DNA of 64,000 nucleotides from Octopus sinensis (GCF_006345805.1 NC_043025.1:13516001-13580000), one strand, 5' to 3'; positions 1 to 12,683 are shown, counted from the stretch's first letter. The notes: generated from the sequence alone by a model not told the origin. A program made the numbers and translations.

Positions 1-319
1 GTGAGTGGATTTGGTAGACGGAAACTGAAAGAAGCCTGTCGTATATATGTATGTATATATATATATCCATCTGTCCTCTGTCTATCTATCGATCAGGAGA
101 ATAACAATAATAGGTCTGTCTCTCAACTACTGGATTTGTTAGGCAATCTAATGGACAGAATCACAAAAATACCGATTAAAATGGAATCCAGCAGAGATTA
201 TGTTTAAGTTATTCCTGGATTACCAAGCACACAATGCAATGGGACTAAATTAATGACCAATTATGTCATTGAAATCTCAAAGCTACAACATAACAATTGA
301 TTAATTCAAAACGAGTCAA

Positions 320-855
320 GTACATCAACATCAAAATAAAAATCAAATGGAAATTGTAGTTGTGATACCCGTGCTGGTGGCACTTTGGGCCTCACAGAGG
401 AAATGACGAAAAACCGAGACCGCTGAGATATGTTGTGACTGCGAAGACTCGACATGAAGTGAGTTCATGGCTCGCAGGACAACCTGCTGTGCTAACCTTG
501 GATCGTGGAGTGACCCACTGTTCTTGAGGAAACCTATTGAGTCAAGGACATCAACACCAACATCAAAATAAAAATCAAATGGAAATTGTAGTTAAGATAC
601 CTGTGCCCGTGACACGTAAAAAGCACCATCCGAGCGTGGCCGTTTGCCAGCCTCTTCTGGCCCCTGTGCCAGTGGCATGAAAAAGCACCCACTATACTCA
701 CTGAGTGGTTGGCATTAGGAAGGACATCCAGCTGTGGAAACATTGCCAGATCAGACTGGAGCCTGGTGCAGCCTCCTGGCTTCCCAGACCCCGGTGGAAC
801 CGTCCAACCCATGCTAGCATGGAAAGCGGACGCTAAATGATGATGATGATGATGA
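320..855 (+). mobile_element. RTE 3' end (last codons LGLTEEMT... + 3' UTR + (GAT)n tail)
   Basis: Shares GTGGTTGGCATTAGGAAGG.CATCCAGCTG and CCCATGCTAGCATGG...GATGATG with 20560-20745. Confidence 0.8.
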
Positions 856-1166
856 ATTAATATTCCTTTCATTGCCATGGTTTCTTTTTAGTATGTACTT
901 TGGTATGTGTCGTTAAGTGTCCGACTGGGCCTGGTGCAACCTCCTGGCTTGCCAGACCCCAGTTGAACCGTCCAACCCATGCTAGGACGTTAAATGATGA
1001 TGACCAGTTTTTCATTGGAGGGCAATTAGAAAATTTTACTGTGGGATAGATAAAATTTGTGTACCACACGTACCCCATCGCCCACCTCACACCAGACCGC
1101 CATTAAAAAGAATAAAAGGGGATGAAGAACAAAAAAAAAACGGAAGAGAAAATGAGAATTTCTCAC

Positions 1167-1302
1167 CGGACACAAGGATGACGGCTGCCACAGACTTCCT
1201 TCGATAACGTAAGACTGAATACTGTTCGAGATACATGTACAGGTGGTTGTAGACGAGGTCGGTGAACTGTTGGCCCAAACTTTTACCTTCTGGTGCCACT
1301 TC
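1167..1302 (-). CDS. ADAR/ADAD-family exon (EVAPEGKSLGQQFTDLVYNHLYMYLEQYSVLRYRRKSVAAVILVS; start of deaminase domain)
   Basis: ttctAG acceptor, GTGAG donor at 1166, 136 nt phase 0/1; RRKSVAAVIL resembles the RRKVLAGVVM segment opening the ADAR2 deaminase domain. Gene continues beyond position 1. Confidence 0.85.
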
Positions 1303-1559
1303 CTAGAAGACAGGGGAAGGAAAACAATGACACACACACAAAACATGTTTACAGAGTGGGCCAAAAGTCATGCACCTAAACCATCCGACATTACATCATT
1401 GTTATTCACTGCAACATGGTCTTTGCTCAGAGATCTTGGTGCATGACTTTTATATTAGATTATATTAGATGGTGGACAAAAAAATATATTGTTGCATTTC
1501 ACTGAAATAGTTAATTCTGGGAGACAGCATGTGTGCCTCAGCACACCATCCTCATCCTT

Positions 1560-2100
1560 AAATGTCTGTCCAAATACACCTACATACATACACATGTATA
1601 CACATGTATGTACACACACGTGTATGCATATACACTTGTACACACACATACATACATATGCACATACACACACACACGTGCAGATACATACATATATATA
1701 CATGCATCATACACACACACACTTATATAGACACAAACACACACTTGCATACATACATATACACACATACACATGCACGCACACACACGTGCAGGCACAC
1801 GCACACGTGCATAGATATATATATACATACATATACATACACACACACGTGCATAGATACATTTATATACACACATGTATGCACACACACACTTATATAC
1901 ATACTTATATAGACACACAAACACACACACACGCATAGATACATACATATATACATACATATATATACACACATGCATACACACACGTGCATAGATACAT
2001 ATATACATACACACACACACGTGCATAGATTCATTTATATACACGCATGTATGCACACACACCACACACTTGCATACTACATACATATACACACACATTC
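1560..2100. repeat. Degenerate (CA/TA)n tract
   Basis: ACAC/ATAT mosaic; explains the ORFs at 1489-2098. Confidence 0.95.
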
Positions 2101-2249
2101 AACAGGCTTCTTTTCAATTTCTTTCATCCTAATCCACTGACAAGACTTTGGTCAGCCTAGGGCTGTAAAAGAAGACTTGCCTAGCAAAGTGCCACTGAGT
2201 GGGACTGAACCTGGAACCTGGACCCCCACAAGAGCACAACAAAACCTAC

Positions 2250-2373
2250 CTGGGCATATCTAATGTTCAGTTTTTCGAGGGCAGCCACTCCGGCCAACCG
2301 CTTTGCCTCTTTCTTGTTTTGTGCGACCGCCTCAACAAAATATTCGTTGTTCAACATCACACAAGCCTTGAAG
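2250..2373 (-). CDS. ADAR/ADAD-family exon (FKACVMLNNEYFVEAVAQNKKEAKRLAGVAALEKL; end of dsRBD2)
   Basis: ttttcAG acceptor, GTAGGT donor at 2249, 124 nt phase 2/0; second KKEAK motif. Confidence 0.92.
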
Positions 2374-3179
2374 CTGAAAATACATAACACGGATCGCACA
2401 GTCAATGAGGGGTCACTCAATATGCTAAAAATGCCAGCTAAACCTCCCTTCGTTTACATATGTGTCTAACAAAGTTATATTGAGGGTTTTTGGTTTTGCG
2501 AAATACGGAAACCACCCATTGTAATTTTAACCCTTTTGTGTTCAAACCAGACAGATCCAGTCTCTCACACCTACCCTACAATGTCATTCTAAAAATAAAC
2601 AATAACAATCTTCAAAATCTCAAAGCTATGAGATAATCCAGGATTAAATCAAAACAATGTGGATAAATAAGGATTAGATTTGACAGGGTGATCTGAATGC
2701 TAAAGGATAATACATGCATAAGACATATGGTGTGGTTTGAGGGAGATTTGGCTGCTATTTCTAACAGGAGTAGCTACCATGTAGAGGTCTCCCTCATTGC
2801 TTCATACATATATATAATCCTTTAACATTTAAACTGGCTATATCCAGGCCGAATATTCTACTCCTTTCATGTTCAAACTAGCCATATCTAGCTTCTCACA
2901 CCTACCCTACAATGTCATTCTGAAAATAAACAATCACATCATTGAAATCTCAAAGCTATGAGATAATCCAGGATTAATTAAAAACAATGTGGATAAACAA
3001 GGATTACATTTGACAGAGTAATCGGAATGGTTAAAGGGTGATACATGCATAAGATGCCCTCTGACATCTCCACGTTTCAAACGTAAACCCATGCCAGCAT
3101 GGAAAACAGACATCAAACAAAGATGATGAAGACGATGACACACACATACACATACATTAAAATATACACTATTATACCG

Positions 3180-3655
3180 CCTTACTGGCACCTGTGCCCC
3201 GTGCTAGTAGGGTGCTAAGAGCACCATCCGAGCATGGTTGTTGCCAGAGTGGCTAACTGGCTTCCGTGCCAGTGGCACGTAAAAGGCACCATTTGAGCGT
3301 GATTGTTACCAGCGTTGCCTTACTGGCACTCGAGCCCTGTGCTAGTAGGGTGCCATGAGCACCATTCGAGGGTGATTGTTACCAGGATCACCTTACTGGC
3401 ACCTGTGCTGGTGGCACGTGTAAAAACATTCGAGTGAGGTCGTTGCCAGTACTGCCTGACTGGCCCTCGTGCCGGTGGCACGTAAAAGCACCCACTACAC
3501 TCTCGGAGTGGTTGGCGTTAGGAAGGGCATCCAGCTGTAGAAATTCTGCCAGATCAAGATTGGAGCCTGGTGCAGCCATCTGGTTCGCCAGTCCTCAGTC
3601 AAATCGTCCAACCACTGCTAGCATGGAAAGCGGATGTTAAACGATGATGATGATA
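3180..3655 (+). mobile_element. RTE 3'-UTR copy in an ADAR-like intron
   Basis: Same UTR core and (GAT)n tail. Confidence 0.8.
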
Positions 3656-3737
3656 TACTACACTGAAATATGCACTAAACATTATACAACACACACAGAA
3701 TCAAACTACAGAGAGAAATAGATGGAGGTGTTCTTAC

Positions 3738-3888
3738 CCCATTGGACCACGTTCGTCTCCAACGACGATTTCGCAGGATTTCCCTGCTGCCAGCGCATAC
3801 TCATAGAGCTGAGTGACCGAGTGTTTTTCTGCTGTTTTGCCAAGGTCGAGGGAAGGTTGGCTGTTGGTCACGGTTTGGGAGACACATT
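3738..3888 (-). CDS. ADAR/ADAD-family exon (linker + start of dsRBD2, KHSVTQLYEYALAAGKSCEIVVGDERGPMG)
   Basis: (CT)n-CAG acceptor, GTAAG donor at 3737, 151 nt phase 1/2 matching both neighbours. Confidence 0.9.
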
Positions 3889-4938
3889 CTGTGGAGAGAG
3901 AGAGAGAGAGAGAGATACAGATAGGGGTCAATGCCTGGAATAAACACACTAGATTAATTACTGACAAAATTATCTGATCAAATACTTCGTTAATTTCTAA
4001 ATTAATTCAAACAAAAGCAGTATATTTCAATAGAAATATCCTCATCCTGTGAAGTGGCTTGCAGATCTTTCCATCATGTTTCTGGGTTCAGTCCCACTGT
4101 GTGGCACCTTGGGCAAGTGTCTTCTATAGCCATGGGCCAACCAAAGACTTGTGAGTGGATTTGGTAGACTGTGTGGTTCAGAAGTCAAATCCTCGACCAT
4201 CCAACCATGCCTGTCCCTATCAATTATCTTCACGGATTACAATAAAACAAAACCAGACACTGGACTTACTTTTGATACCAAGCCATCTGAGACCATCCCC
4301 ACTAGTTCTGTTATACAAATTTCTTCTTTTAGTGTGACCTGAATTAAAACCTTCCAGAAAGATTTCATGTTAATTTAGGATCTGAACACCAGATTAATTA
4401 ACGACAAAGTTAATTAACGACAAGTTCATTATTTTCAAAATTAACTGAAAAAAAGGGCAGGGTATTTCAACAGAAATATTGGGCAAGACTTCCGACTGTC
4501 CCCTACAAAAACCAGCCATTAAAAAAAAATTTTTTTGGGACACAAATCCCCCTTTTCAGCTACGGGGAATATGAATCCGCAAAAAAAAATTGGCAAAAAT
4601 AGACATTTCTAAATGACCACCCCCACCCACATTTCCTTCATTTAAAATTTTTTTCTGATTTTTTTTTCAAAATATGCAGAAAAATACGGAGATTATGATT
4701 CAGACAAAAATTTCAAAACATTTCTCTACTTTCGGTTAGGGTTTTTAGGGTTGGGGTTTTAGGTCTGTCTGGATCAGAAGTGACCCTGGGGCTAAACTAC
4801 AACAAGGAAGGACACAAAGAATGTACTTTGAACTACATCATGTTTGAATTAAAAAAAACAAGATGGTCACATCTGGAGCGTCTTTGATCATCGATCTGTC
4901 TGGATCAGGACTGACCCAGAGCACAACAAACCACTTAC

Positions 4939-5122
4939 CGTTTCCATTGGATTTCTGCAAGACGCCAATCTCAAAAGCTTTGATCGCAGCATTCGTCTTG
5001 GCTTCTTTCTTGGTGTTCCCGACACCCTGCGGGTACATCACATTGTTTATCTCCACCTGAACGGCGAAGATGGCCAGCGGGTGTTCTCGTGAAGGAAGGA
5101 CATCGACTTCGTGGAAGGAGAG
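4939..5122 (-). CDS. ADAR/ADAD-family exon (LSFHEVDVLPSREHP...GVGNTKKEAKTNAAIKAFEIG...; rest of dsRBD1)
   Basis: ttccccAG acceptor, GTAAGT donor at 4938, 184 nt phase 0/1; contains the dsRBD G.G.TKKEAK..AA motif. Confidence 0.92.
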
Positions 5123-5181
5123 CTGGGGAAAGAAAAAAAATACAAGATCAGCTGTATTAAGGGGTTTTACTTGTCTCTGAC

Positions 5182-5555
5182 AGAATGTGGCCGTGCTGGG
5201 GAGCGTTAGAATGTGGCCGTGCTGGGGGCGTTAGAATGTGGCCGTGCCGGGGGCGTTATAATGTGGCCGTGCTGGGGGCGTTAGAATGTGTCCGTGCTGG
5301 GGGCGTTAGAATGTGGCCGTGCTGGGGCCTTTAGAATGTGGCCGTGCTGGGGGGGATCGTTAGAATGTGGCCGTCCTGGGGGCGTTAGAATGTGGCCGTG
5401 CTGGGGGCGTTAGAATGTGGCCGTGCTGGGGGCGTTAGAATGTGGCCGTGCTGGGGGCGTTAGAATGTGGCTGTGCTGGGGGCGTTAGAATGTGGCCGTG
5501 CTGGGGGCGTTAGAATGTGGCTGAGCTGGGGGCGTTAGAACTTGGCCGTTAGAAT
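5182..5555. repeat. 25-bp G-rich minisatellite, about 14 copies
   Basis: AGAATGTGGCCGTGCTGGGGGCGTT repeated without spacers. Confidence 0.95.
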
Positions 5556-5685
5556 GTGCACAACAGGCAAACCACAACAGACCAAGTGCACGACAGGTGA
5601 ATCACAAAATGCAAGGGGTTACTGTATGTGTGTGCACTTTGCATGTACCACGTCCTTGCATTGTTTTTTGATTTTTTGATTTTAG

Positions 5686-5715
<30 letters not shown>

Positions 5716-5718
<3 letters not shown>

Positions 5719-6025
5719 GAGGCGCAATGGCCCTGTGGTTAGGGCAGCGGACTCACAGTTGTAGGATCGCGGTTTCGATTCCCAGACCGGGCGTTGTGAG
5801 TATTTATTGAGCGAAAACACCTAAAAGCTCCACGAGGCTCCAGCAGGGGGTGGTGGCGATCCCTGCTGTACTCTTTCACCACAACTTTCTCTCACACTTT
5901 CTTCTGTTGGCCTGCTCGCTTAGCCAGCGGGGTGGTGTCATTTGAAGGCTAAAAAACAATGCGAAGCGCATTGTGACCAGCGATGCATAGCAACATCTGA
6001 TGGCCTGGTCGGTCACAGTGATCAT
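5716..6025 (+). mobile_element. tRNA(Arg)-like SINE, second family (also 31856-32157 + and 39843-40138 -)
   Basis: GGAGGCGCAATGGCCCAGTGGTTAGGGCAGCGGACTCGCGGTCG...GTTTCGATTCCC head with TCG anticodon-like loop; conserved body. Consistent with the OR-type octopus SINEs. Confidence 0.8.
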
Positions 6026-6045
6026 ATGATATATATATATCATCA

Positions 6046-6293
6046 TCATCATCATCATCATTTATCATCCGTTTTCCGTGCTAGCATGGGTTGAACGGTT
6101 CAACTGGGGTCTGGGGAGCCCGAAGGCTGCACCAGGCCAGTCTGATCTGGCAGTGTTTTTACAGCTGGATGCCCTTCCTAACACCAACCACTCCGAGAGT
6201 CTAGTGGGTGCTTTTTATGTGCCACCGAAACAGGTGCCAGATGAGGCTGGCGAACGGCCACGCTCGGATGGTGCTTTTTACGTGCGTATATAT
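6046..6293 (-). mobile_element. RTE 3'-UTR copy
   Basis: (CAT)n tail then reverse-complement UTR core. Confidence 0.8.
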
Positions 6294-6401
6294 GTATCTA
6301 TGAATGAATGTGTATACATGTAAATATGCTTGTGTATATGCGTATGTATGTATATAGATGTATGTATATAGATGCATATTAGTTGTGTTTGAAAGAAGTA
6401 C

Positions 6402-6632
6402 CTTAACTTTCCTCTGACTTGCATATTCATGAAGACACTGCACAGGGTTTTTCTCTTTGGATTGGTATTCCTTAATAAGGGTCTCCGATGCCCTTGCTAG
6501 TGTGCAGCTGACTGGGGCACTGTTGGGCGGCGCTTTTGATAAGCCTGGAATATATGGTTGATTGGGTGGGGTTTTTTTCTCGTAGTGTTTCTGGCCTGAT
6601 TCCATTCCTTGGTACATTTTTGGTAATGGTAC
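6402..6632 (-). CDS. ADAR/ADAD-family gene, first identifiable coding exon (VPLPKMYQG...KNPVQCLHEYASQRKVK; start of dsRBD1)
   Basis: Polypyrimidine+CAG acceptor (AG 6634-6633), GT donor 6401-6400, 231 nt phase 0/0; NPV.xLHEY is the dsRBD helix-1 signature and joins in frame to the next exon. Confidence 0.85.
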
Positions 6633-6805
6633 CTGGAAGAAAGAGGAAGAATATACAGTAATGACTCAATACACAAGTTAATTTGTTCCCAAAGACTGCT
6701 CGTTAAGCGAAAACTCGTAAAGCAGAGCAATAATTTCCCATAGCAGCAATGTTATAAATCATAATTCATTCACAGGAAAATATTTTACCCAGGAAATTTA
6801 TAATA

Positions 6806-7190
6806 CTCTCTTTTACTCTTTTACTTGTTTCAGTCATTTGGCTGCGGCCATGCTGGAGCACCGCCTTTAGTCGAGCAAATCGACCCCAGGACTTATTCTT
6901 TGTAAGCCCAGTACTTATTCTATCGGTCTCTTTTACCGAACCGCTAAGTAACGGGGACATAAACACACCAGCATCGGTTGTCAAGCAATGCTAGGGGGAC
7001 AAACTCAGACACACAAACACACACATATACATATATACGACAGGCTTCTTTCAGTTTCCGTCTACCAAATCCACTCACAAGGCTTTGGTCGGCCCGAGGC
7101 TATAGCAGAAGACACTTGCCCAAGGTGCCACGCAGTGGGACTGAACCCGGAACCATGTGGTTGGTTAGCAAGCTACTTACCTCACAGCCA
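6806..7190 (-). mobile_element. tRNA-derived SINE, dominant family (about 30 full or partial copies in the window)
   Basis: Head GGAGTGGCTGTGTGGTAAGTAGCTTG...GGTTCAGTCCCACTG, central microsatellite, tail ...CAGTCAAATGACTGAAACAAGTAAAAGAG. Other copies at 7615-7985, 13485-13850, 28095-28525, 32475-32845, 37426-37805, 38225-38590, 49620-50010, 53165-53530, 59133-59788 and 63425-64000. Confidence 0.9.
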
Positions 7191-7196
7191 TGGCAA

Positions 7197-7410
7197 TAAA
7201 ACAACAGTAGAATGTAAAGAATATTTTGTGTAAAGTGAAAAGAATGTAAAGACCCTGTGTATGGAGAGGGTGCCATAGTTGAAAGAACCGCTCGTGATTG
7301 GTGTGCCAAGTTCAAAAATGGAAATTTTGACCTCAAAGACACACCTCGTTCTGGCCGTCCAGTTTGATGAAGAGCGATTAACCCAACTTTTGCACGAAAA
7401 TTCTCGCAGG
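7197..7410 (+). mobile_element. Mariner transposase fragment (HTH region)
   Basis: VYGEGAIVERTARDWCAKFKNGNFDLKDTPRSGRP. Confidence 0.8.
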
Positions 7411-8174
7411 AGAGGCTGCATGGTAAGTAGCTTGCTTACCAACCACATGGTTCCAGGTTCAGTCCCACTGCGTGGCACCTTGGGCAAGTGTCTTCTACTA
7501 TAGCCTCGGGCTAACCAAAGCCTTGTGAGTGGATTTGGTAGATGGAAACTGAAAGAAGCCCATCGTATATATGTATATATATATGTGTGTGTGTGTGTAT
7601 ATATATATATATACCTAAGCGTAGGAGTGGCTGTGTGGTAAGTAGCTTGCTTACCAACCACATGGTTCTGGGTTCAGTCCCACTGCGTGGCACCTTGGGC
7701 AAGTGTCTTCTACTATAGCCTCAGGCCGACCAAAGCCTTGTGAGTGGATTTGGTAGACGGAAACTGAAAGAAGCCTGTCGTATATATGCATATGTGTGTA
7801 TATATATGTGTGTGTGTTTATGTTTGTCCACCCCACCCAGCATCGCTTAAGAACCGATGGTGGTGTGTTTATGTCCCCGTAACTTAGCGGTTCGGCAAAA
7901 GAGACTGATATAATAAGTCCTGGGATCGATTTGCTCACCTAAAGGTCGTGCTCCAGCATGGCTGTAGTCAAAAGAGTAAATGTCAAGAGAAAATGGAAAG
8001 CTCCCACGCTGTTATTCGCTCCACACCGAACGTTTCTGTTCGGTTTAATTCTTCAAGTGTGTATATATATATACATACATATATATAACTTGTGTAGGAG
8101 TGGCAAATCATACGAGAAACATCTATGCGTTAGAAAACAGAGACGATTACACTCCTAACATAGCTCTGTGTGTG

Positions 8175-8207
<33 letters not shown>

Positions 8208-8791
8208 GTGCGTGTGTGGTGCTCCAGCATGACCATATCCGCATGGCCGAAACACGTCAAATAAATACGGAGAGAATATATGCGGATTTGCCTGCGCATG
8301 TGTGTAGAAATAAATAAATAAATAAATATATATACACACACACACACGTTTTGATTAGTCTCCTGTCAATTATTTATTAAAGACATGATTATATATCCTC
8401 ATTCTTGTGCAGTATTTTTCCTGTCACAATCACCATAGATATGTGTATATATATGTATGTATATGTATATGCACACACGCAAAAAAACTGGGAGTGGTGA
8501 AGTACTAAATACGAAACGTAGAGTTTATTAATGGCAGAAAAACAAGAATTTTATTCACTCTGTTTATCACTCAGAATTTCACCTTAATTGCTTTTTCCAT
8601 CCACTGCGTGTGTATATATGTCTTATCTTTTAATTGTTTATTCACTGAGCTGCGGCCACGTTGGGGCACCGCCTTAAGGACTTTAGTCAAACAGATCGCC
8701 CGAGTACTTTCACACACAGACGTCCGTATATGCGTACGTGTACATTATACATACATACATGCATATATATATGTAAACTACGTACGTGTGC

Positions 8792-8837
<46 letters not shown>

Positions 8838-8974
8838 TGCCGTCTAAGAATCCATAAATCAGAAAAGATATTCACTCGTATATTTGTCAATAGAGTGTGT
8901 ATAATAAATCGAAGTATATATAATATATATATATATTATATATATATATATATTATATATATATATATGCACGA

Positions 8975-9020
<46 letters not shown>

Positions 9021-10029
9021 GGATGTATACAGATGAAGAAGGAAAACGAACAATATATGAATAGAAACACCTATGGCTTAATTAAGAAATTCAATTTAAT
9101 TACATAATTAATTTAATTGATATATATGAAAGCAATTAAGGAGATTAAATAAATGAAAAAAAAGCGGAGATGCGAGGCCGATGAGAGAACAGGATCTGAG
9201 CTGATTTCAGAAGGTAACCCCCGTCCTTATGGAGACCCGAACAGAGGCAGACAAGGGGTCGTTTGTGGGCAATAGGGGCCGCGGTGTTGAGAGATAGGGG
9301 CCATCCCAGCTGATATGGGTGCAGCAAGTTGGTTGTTCAAAGGGTGTGAAATATGAATTAAATATAAATGAAAGTGGGGGGAATTAGTTGAAAATTGTCT
9401 TACCCGGGAATTCCGGAACACGCTCGACGTGAAATGGTGAAATTTAGTTGTCTTCTCTTTGCTTAAAATAACGGCCAAAAAGGAAGAAGGACGACTTGGA
9501 GTAGGAAAGAAAGATGAAGGCTGCCTTCCCTCTCTCTCCGTCTAGCTTTCACTCCCTCTCCGCCTCTCTGCCTTTCTCTATCGTTTACTCTCCCTTTGTT
9601 TGTTTGTCTTTCACCCGCTCTCTTGCGTTACGACAGTGGCGGCGGTGGCGGTTTACTACGGATGTACAGAAGCGCTGTATTTGTAAAATCCAAGCGAAAA
9701 CCCGACACTCCTTCGTCGTTGTTTCGTAGATGATATTCGAAATTCGTTTTTCTTTCGTTTCATTTATCATGTCCGGGTCATGTAATCGAGTTGGCCTAAT
9801 CCGTTTTCGACATTGCATAACGACATGGTGTTGTATTCTGCCGTGGTTGGGCATTTCACTGCACGGACACGTGTACCTTACCCAAAATACTCACACCCAC
9901 GACCCTTCATTTTCGGAGCACATAAGTATCTTAATCTATTTCAGTTCCCTTCGATCTGACCAACTGAGCTTGTCTGGTCCGTTGTGAATCACACAGTGTT
10001 GTATATATCATTTGACTTGAGACAGCATT

Positions 10030-10300
10030 CACCCGGGGTGGGTTGAGCTAGCTTCATTCATCCATCATATGGTTGAGCATTTTACGGGCCGTGTGGGCTC
10101 TTCACAAAATGCTCAAATATGAGTAACCATTCAAAGACTGAGCATTTCAGTTGAGGTTGCTGGTCACCCGGGGTGGGTTGAGCTGGCTTCATTCATCCAT
10201 CATATGGCTCAGCATTTCGCGGGTTGTGTGGGCTTTTCACAAAATACTCAAATATGAGTAACCATCCAAAGACTGAGCATTTCAGTTGAGGTTACTGGTC
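10030..10300. repeat. Two tandem approx 135-bp copies
   Basis: CACCCGGGG...GGTTGAGCT...AAATATGAGTAACC...TTGAGGTT.CTGGTC at 10030 and 10165. Confidence 0.9.
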
Positions 10301-12491
10301 GTGTTCGGTTTGATCAACTGACCATGCGTAGTTAATAAGGTGCAACAATGTATTATATTGTGGGGTTAAATATTGCTTATCCGTGCGTAACCATAAAAAA
10401 ATTTACCAAGCATGAGTGATATTTCGCTGAGTATATCATTAATTCCAGTTGTGTGTGGTTCCTTCACACGAATTCGCCTACTCAGTGGTATATTATTATA
10501 ATTGAGACTACCCTCGAGTACTTCACGAGTACGTATATTTTTAACATAAATCCTCGGAGCAGAATCCACATGAAGAAAGGTAAAAAAAAATACACTGGAT
10601 CTTTTGAATTAGATAAAGTTCAATGAGAGTGGCTGAAGATTCCGCAGATATGTGTGCCCTTCCTCGAGCAGAAACACCAGGAAAAGTGGGTACTTTGAAT
10701 TACAGCTGGACTTCAGTGAGCACGTCCGAGTACTCCATGGTCGTACATGTACCCCTGGCATAATCCACAGGCAGAAACAGCACGACTGGTACACATGTGT
10801 GACAAGATCTGTTCCTTTAAATCACAGGATGCAATCCGTTTTGTACATAACATGGTGTTAAGAAATTCACAATTCTGTCGGTCCCTTCAAGTAAATCCAA
10901 TCTTCCAGGCAGAAACGGCGGGTCCTTAAAATTACAGGTAACCAATCCATGCGATGAGCTTCCACGCAGTTTCCCACCAAACCGATAACACTCACAAAGT
11001 TTTGGGTCAACCCGATTCTATGGTTTTAAAAAAAAAAAACAGTTCGAGGGATGCTATGATGTAAAATCGAACCTGGAACCTTGTGCTTGCAAAGCGAGCT
11101 TCTGCACAGCTTCCATATAACTGATAGCACTCACAAAATTTGAGTCAACTCGGGGCTATGGTAAAAAAAAAAAAAAAATGTTCAAGGATGCCATGGTCTA
11201 CGATCGAACTCAGGACTTTACGATTGAGAAGCGACCTTCTTAACCACTCGACCACTACGTCGTCCAGTGGCGGCCATAATCGTCCTAACTTAATTCCACA
11301 AATATTGTCAAACTCTGTTCATCTTATCCATTTTCTTTCTTAATGAATACATATTTAGGTGTAATTTGCAAAAGAAAATTGGCTGTTATTTCTAGCAAGC
11401 CGAGTGACCACATAGAGGAGGGCTTTTTCCCCTCTTTGACTCGAGCCAATAAGGGAGGCCTGTATGTGGTCGTCCGACATGTTAGAAATAGCAGCCAAAT
11501 CTCCCACAAATCACCCCACATCGTTTTTTAGGGGAAAAAAATAAATAAAAAGGACAAATTAGATGATACAACCCTTGTTACATACAACATCCAAGGTGAG
11601 GTGGGTAATAATAATAATAATAGTAATAATAATAATAATGATAATAATAATAATATAATAATAATAATAATAATAATAATGATAATAATAATAAAGAATT
11701 CGTTGTCGGATCAGAAGTGTGCAAGATTTTAAAGGCTCACCTGGGGTTAATTAACAACAGCAATAAGGTAATTTAGGGGGTAGAAAAGAATTTTGGTGAG
11801 AAGAGAAGGGGGGGAAGCAAAGATAAAATAAATAAATAAATAAATGTGTGTGTGTGAAATAGTTTTGCCTATTGTAAACTCTGTCGTCCTGAGTTCAATT
11901 TCCCGGTTGTCGCAAAAAAGCCAAAGAGGGCACCTTGGGATGACCAATACCAAAAAAAATTGCGAGTGGTGAACGGAAACTGCGAGGAAGCCCCATATAT
12001 ATATAAATGCATATACACATATATATATATATGTTTATATAATGATATATATATATATGTATATATATGCTTATATCGGGTGGAAAAAAGTGCAGGCGAT
12101 CTCTGGTTCTGCACACATCATCGGATGAGTAGAACAATAAAGAAAAAAAATTACCATTTAAACCGGTGCGTCGAACAACAATACCTTGTGGTATTCATTC
12201 CGCCCGAGTTTCGCACACACTCCCTTCTTCTCTCATTATTCCCCTCCCCCACCCCACCACCACCACCACCATCAGGAAAAAAGCAAAAAAATACAACTAA
12301 TCAAAATTTCTGTAATTAATTAATTAAAAAAAAAAATGCACCCTTATAGATATCAATTAATGATTGGGACTTCGAAGCATTTTCATAAAAATCGCATATT
12401 TTATTTTTGCGCAAAGTGGGAGGATACAGTCCGTTATTCTGTTTCGTTTTTCGCTTCTTCGGTTAGTATTCCGGCTTTCTTTTTATATGTA

Positions 12492-12552
<61 letters not shown>

Positions 12553-12683
12553 ATTCGCATATATTAAGCTAAGCTTCAAAACTCTCCCTTAACTAAAATT
12601 GTTACAATATTTCAGCTTAAGAATTTATTATTATTATTATTAATATTATTATTATTATTATCATTATCATTATTATTATTATT

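Noticed and set aside
1489-2098. His/Thr/Tyr-rich and Val/Cys-rich ORFs
   Set aside because: CA/TA microsatellite.
4736-4761. Telomere or chromosome-fusion relic
   Set aside because: Only 2-3 imperfect TTAGGG-like units, probably part of a transposon end.
5182-5555. CRISPR-like array (also 62173-62550)
   Set aside because: No unique spacers; eukaryotic context.
8488-8526. Hammerhead-like GTGGTGA-A-GTA-CTAAA-TAC-GAAACGTA
   Set aside because: Two core substitutions and no adjacent stem I; at best a fossil.
10339-10929. 196-codon plus frame interrupted only by four TGA (recoding or NUMT?)
   Set aside because: No similarity to mitochondrial or selenoproteins recognised and no SECIS seen; one such frame is plausible by chance in 64 kb. 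The IPLSRR motif on the minus strand is too weak to call a hAT transposase.
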